64,000 nucleotides of DNA, taken from the NCBI RefSeq assembly GCF_006345805.1, contig NC_043001.1:89466001-89530000 (forward strand), in the 5' to 3' direction. This stretch comes from Octopus sinensis. Its lineage: Eukaryota. This document shows, piece by piece, positions 60,130 to 64,000 of this stretch (positions within the stretch are counted from its first letter, which is position 1; each line of letters opens with the position of its first letter). The position numbers and the translations under genes are program-made. The notes below the pieces were generated by a model that worked only from the letters and a program-made list of their open reading frames with translations, was not told where the DNA came from and made no database searches.

Positions 60130-62810
60130 TGGAGATCTAAATTTTTCTGCTCATTATTTCCAATCAATCAATTCAGACAGTATTGTATCACTTGAGATGT
60201 TAACTTCAGATTAATTCATGGACTACGTTGGTGACTTGCAGCTATGTCTCCATTTGACACCTCATTGACCAATGTGAGATCTGAAGTCATGAATACCATT
60301 GTACATTGTAGCTAAGTGTATTATGTCCTCATTCTGTGGGGATTAGGTTTCACAGCAATAAGAATTAATCACTGTACCAATATCGGGAACATAAATATTT
60401 CAGTATACTACTAATCAGTCAATTACAATGAATTAAGCACTGAACTGTGACTATCTTCTGAAAAGAGCAAGGTTCTTTGATCTCGGCCTGCATTTTTATA
60501 GTTGACTTATTCAAAGTTACACCAGATGTGGAATGGTTGTTTCTGTGTTGTGATGTATAGATGTCGTCCTCATTGTTTTCATGTCCACTTCTGTGCTGGC
60601 ATAAACTGCATGGTTAGACAGGATCTAACTTGCCTAAGTCTCTAAATTTCGTGTCAGTAATTATTGATTAGCTGATTACTAATGAAGCCCTAAATATCAG
60701 TGCAAACAGGGTTCTGTGGTTAAGCGAGTGTTACCACCATACAGATGGTAGTCTGCATTTCCAGTTTTCTGTGAAAAGTTCTCCAGCTATAGAAAGTCTT
60801 TTGATGGAATTCCATATAAGTATGAAAAGTGGACATTGAAATTATGCATATATTTGTGTGTACACAAACACACACACCGATTCTTGTTTATCACTGTGGT
60901 TTGGTTCTAAATAGCACAGTGATGAATAAATCATCTCCATGCTGGAATAAATGGTAGGTCAATTGACAGCAAACTTGCAGCTCTCAGCAGTGAAGCATTC
61001 AATGTTACATTTTCTTGATCATCTCCAATTTCTTGTGAAGAGAGTACACTCATCTATTTCATTTGTTAGGATTAGGTACTTTTGTATTTTTCTTTCCACC
61101 TGTGTGTTATCTTTTGTATATCTGCTCATTCTTTCCAATCAATCAATCAATTCAGTCAGTATTTTATCACTTGAGCTTAATTCATGGACTACATTGGTGA
61201 CCTGCAGCTATGATTTCATTTGATACTTCAGAGACCAATGTGAGATCTGAAGTCATGAATACCATTGTACATTGTAGCTAAGTGTATTATGCCCTCATTC
61301 TGTGGAGATTAGGTTTCACAGCAATAAGAATTAATCACTGTACCAATATCGGGAACATAAATATTTCAATATACTACTGATCAGTCAATTACAATGAATT
61401 AAGCACTGAACCATGACTATCTTCTGAAAACTGCAAGGTTTATTGATCTTGGACTGAATTTTTATATTTGACTAATTCAATGTTACACCAGATGTGGAAT
61501 GGTTGTTTCTGTGTTGTGTTGTGAAATAAAGATGGTTTTGATGTCATCATTATTGTTTTTATGTCCACTTCCGTGTTGGCATAAGCTGGATGGTGAGGCA
61601 GGATCCAACTTGCCTAAGTCTCTAAATTTCATGTTAGTAATTATTGATTAGCTGATTACTGATGAAACCATAAATATCAGTGCAAACAGGGTTCTGTGAG
61701 TGTTACCACCATACAGGTGGTAGTCTACATTTCCAGTTTTCTTTGAAAAGTTCTCCAGCCATAGAAAGTCTTTTTAATGGAATTCCATGGAAGCATTAAA
61801 AGTGGACATTAAAATGATAGACCAATGTGAGATCTGAAGTCATGAATACCATTGTACATTGTAGCTAAGTGTACTATGTCCTCATTTGGTGGGGATTATG
61901 TTTCACAGCAATGAGAATTAATCACTATACCAATGTTGGGAACATAAATATTTCAGTATACTACTAATCAGTCAATTACAATGAATTAAGCACTGAACTG
62001 TGACTATCTTCTGAAAAGAGCAAGGTTCATTGATCTCGGACTGAATTTTTATATTTGACTAATTCAGAGTTACACCAGATGTGGAATGGTTGTGTTGTGT
62101 TATGAAGTAAAGATGGTTTTTATGTCCACTTCTGTGCTGGCATAAGTTGGATGGTTAGACAGGATCCAACTTGCCTAAGTCTCTAAATTTCATGTTAGTA
62201 ATTAATGATTATTTCATTACTAATGAAATACACTCTTTAATGTAAGTTGTCACTTGGTACTAGAAATAGTGTTGTGCATGTATAATTGTTAATTACATTA
62301 TATTTAAGCGAAAACATAAAGAGAAATGTAGGTAATAAATGCAGTTAGTATTGGACAAGACCATAGATATTAGTGCAAACAGGGTTCTGTGGTTAAAAAT
62401 GAGTGTTACCACCATACAGGTGGTATTGTCTGCATTTCCAGTTATTTGTGTAAAGTTTTCCAGCCATGTGAAAAAGTGCATCCAGAAAATCGTTTGATGG
62501 AATTCCATCTAATGTATATAAGCATGAAAAGTGGACATTGAAATTATGCATATATTTGTGTGTACACAAACACACACACCGATTCTTGTTTATCACTGTG
62601 GTTTGGTTCTAAATAGCACAGTGATGAATAAATCATCTCCACGCTGGAATAAATGGTAGGTCCATTGACAACAAACTTGCAGCCCTCAGCAGTGATGCAT
62701 TCAATGTTACATTTTCTTGATCATCTCCAATTTCTCGTGAAGAGAATACACTCATCTTTCATTTGTTAGGATTAGGTACTTTTGTATTTTTCTTTCCACC
62801 TGTCCAATGT
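60130..62810. repeat. Imperfect tandem amplification (0.6-1 kb units) in the last RPL34 intron; about 59400-59530 and about 59930-60310 are re-duplicated at about 62900-63040 and about 63640-64000
   Basis: Block 'gaccaatgtgagatctgaagtcatgaataccattgtacattg' recurs at about 60267, 61236, 61820 and 63953. Confidence 0.9.
60425..60480 (+). pseudogene. Degenerate SNORD88-like paralogue (guide AGCACTGAAC); related copies at 59330-59381, 61391-61446, 61978-62033
   Basis: Near-gapless alignment to the intact snoRNA: ACAATGA/ATTAAGCACTGAACT/GTGA/CTATCTTCTGA/15 nt/TTGA versus ATGATGA/TTTAAGCACTGGGCT/ATGA/CTAAATGTCTGA/15 nt/CTGA. Confidence 0.55.
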
Positions 62811-63330
62811 TGACGGGTTCAGCTACATGAATCCATGTAAAAATATGTAACCTTGTAACACATTCATGTAAAGACAAGCAATGATCAGTGAATATTAGGT
62901 AGCTGAATATCATGGGCTATCACTGGGACATGTTTTTATGATACAAGCTGAATCTTCAATTGGTTATTGATCTGTATTATCACAGATCAGTGTAACATTG
63001 GTTCACAGTTGAGCATAGTGTGTTATCCCAGATCAGTTATAAACGTGTGTGCATACCCATAAATAATATATATACACACTTATGTGCATGACTGAGTGCC
63101 TATTCCCCATTTTTTTTATATTTGTGCACTGATTATAAAGAAAAGCTTCACTTTATATAAACTTTGCCATGTTGTTCCTCCCAAAAGCATGTCTGAGTTT
63201 GTTGATAGATTGAGGGATTATTACCTTGCTTGGAAATAGGTAATGTTTGGCATCAAGAAGGACTCAAGCCATGAATATTCTACTGTAGCAGTCTCATTTG
63301 GCCCATGCAAGAATCGAAAAGTAGATGTTA

Positions 63331-63362
<32 letters not shown>

Positions 63363-63675
63363 GAGGCGCAATGGCCTAGTGGTTAGGGCAGCGGACTCGC
63401 GGTCGCAGGATCGAGGTTTCGATTCTCAGACTGGGCGTTGTGTGTGTTTATTGAGCGAAAACACCTAAAAGCTCTACGAGGCTCTGGCAGGGGGTGGTGA
63501 TCCCTGCTGTACTCTTTCACCACAATGGCGGTGCCCCAGCATGGCCACAGCTCAAGAGCTGAAACTGGAAAAACAAACAAACAAAACAAAACAACAAAAC
63601 AAATATATATACACACACACACACACACACATACATACATAGTTATGTATTGTAAAAATATATTTAGCTATTAGT

Positions 63676-63748
63676 TGTCAAATATGATGATTTAAGCACT
63701 GGGCTATGACTAAATGTCTGATTCTAGTGTGCTTCACTGATTTTGACA
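63676..63748 (+). ncRNA. Box C/D snoRNA, SNORD88/snR76-like (copy 2, identical)
   Basis: Same 73 nt as 59976-60048, exactly 3700 bp downstream. Confidence 0.85.
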
Positions 63749-64000
63749 AGTTTTTTTAAATATTTGTTACTACAGCTATTTTATTTTGATAATTTGACAT
63801 GAGAAATTGCTTGGGGATCTAAATTTTTCTGCTCGTTCTTTCCAATCAATCAATCAATCCAGTCAGTATTGTATCACTTGAGATGTTAACCTCAGATTAA
63901 TTCATGGACTACATTGGTGACTTGCAGCTATGTCTCCATTTGACACCTCATTGACCAATGTGAGATCTGAAGTCATGAATACCATTGTACATTGCAGCTA

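Noticed and set aside
60215-60293. Repeated hairpin TTCATGGACT-ACATTGGT...ACCAATGT-...AGTCATGAA
   Set aside because: It has a large asymmetric bulge and no canonical boxes. Its recurrence is explained by the tandem amplification.
60130-62810. Regularly recurring blocks resembling a CRISPR-like array
   Set aside because: Eukaryotic intron, long homologous units rather than unique spacers, and no cas genes.

Overview
AT-rich, repeat-dense eukaryotic genomic DNA. The SINE and microsatellite repertoire looks like Octopus or another coleoid cephalopod (recognised by eye, not searched). I assembled four spliced genes by hand from GT-AG sites and reading phase, arranged as two head-to-head pairs. 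Pair 1 is FBF1 (- strand, 5' part only, runs off the left edge) and NME5 (+ strand, complete, 207 aa); both are ciliary genes and an RFX X-box-like motif lies between them. Pair 2 is VTI1A (- strand, complete, 8 coding exons, 216 aa) and RPL34 (+ strand, last exon beyond the right edge), sharing a very compact promoter. Non-coding highlights: (i) three minimal type-I hammerhead ribozyme motifs in Penelope-like fold-back elements, one at the exact apex of a 372-bp palindrome; (ii) a 5'-inverted RTE-type LINE with a 12-bp TSD and twin-priming geometry; (iii) two identical SNORD88/snR76-like C/D snoRNAs plus four colinear degenerate paralogues with an altered guide, in a tandemly amplified RPL34 intron; (iv) a solo LTR 25 nt from an FBF1 splice acceptor. 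The rest is SINEs, LINE fragments, MITEs, mariner remnants and microsatellites. No CRISPR, rRNA or true tRNA genes were seen.
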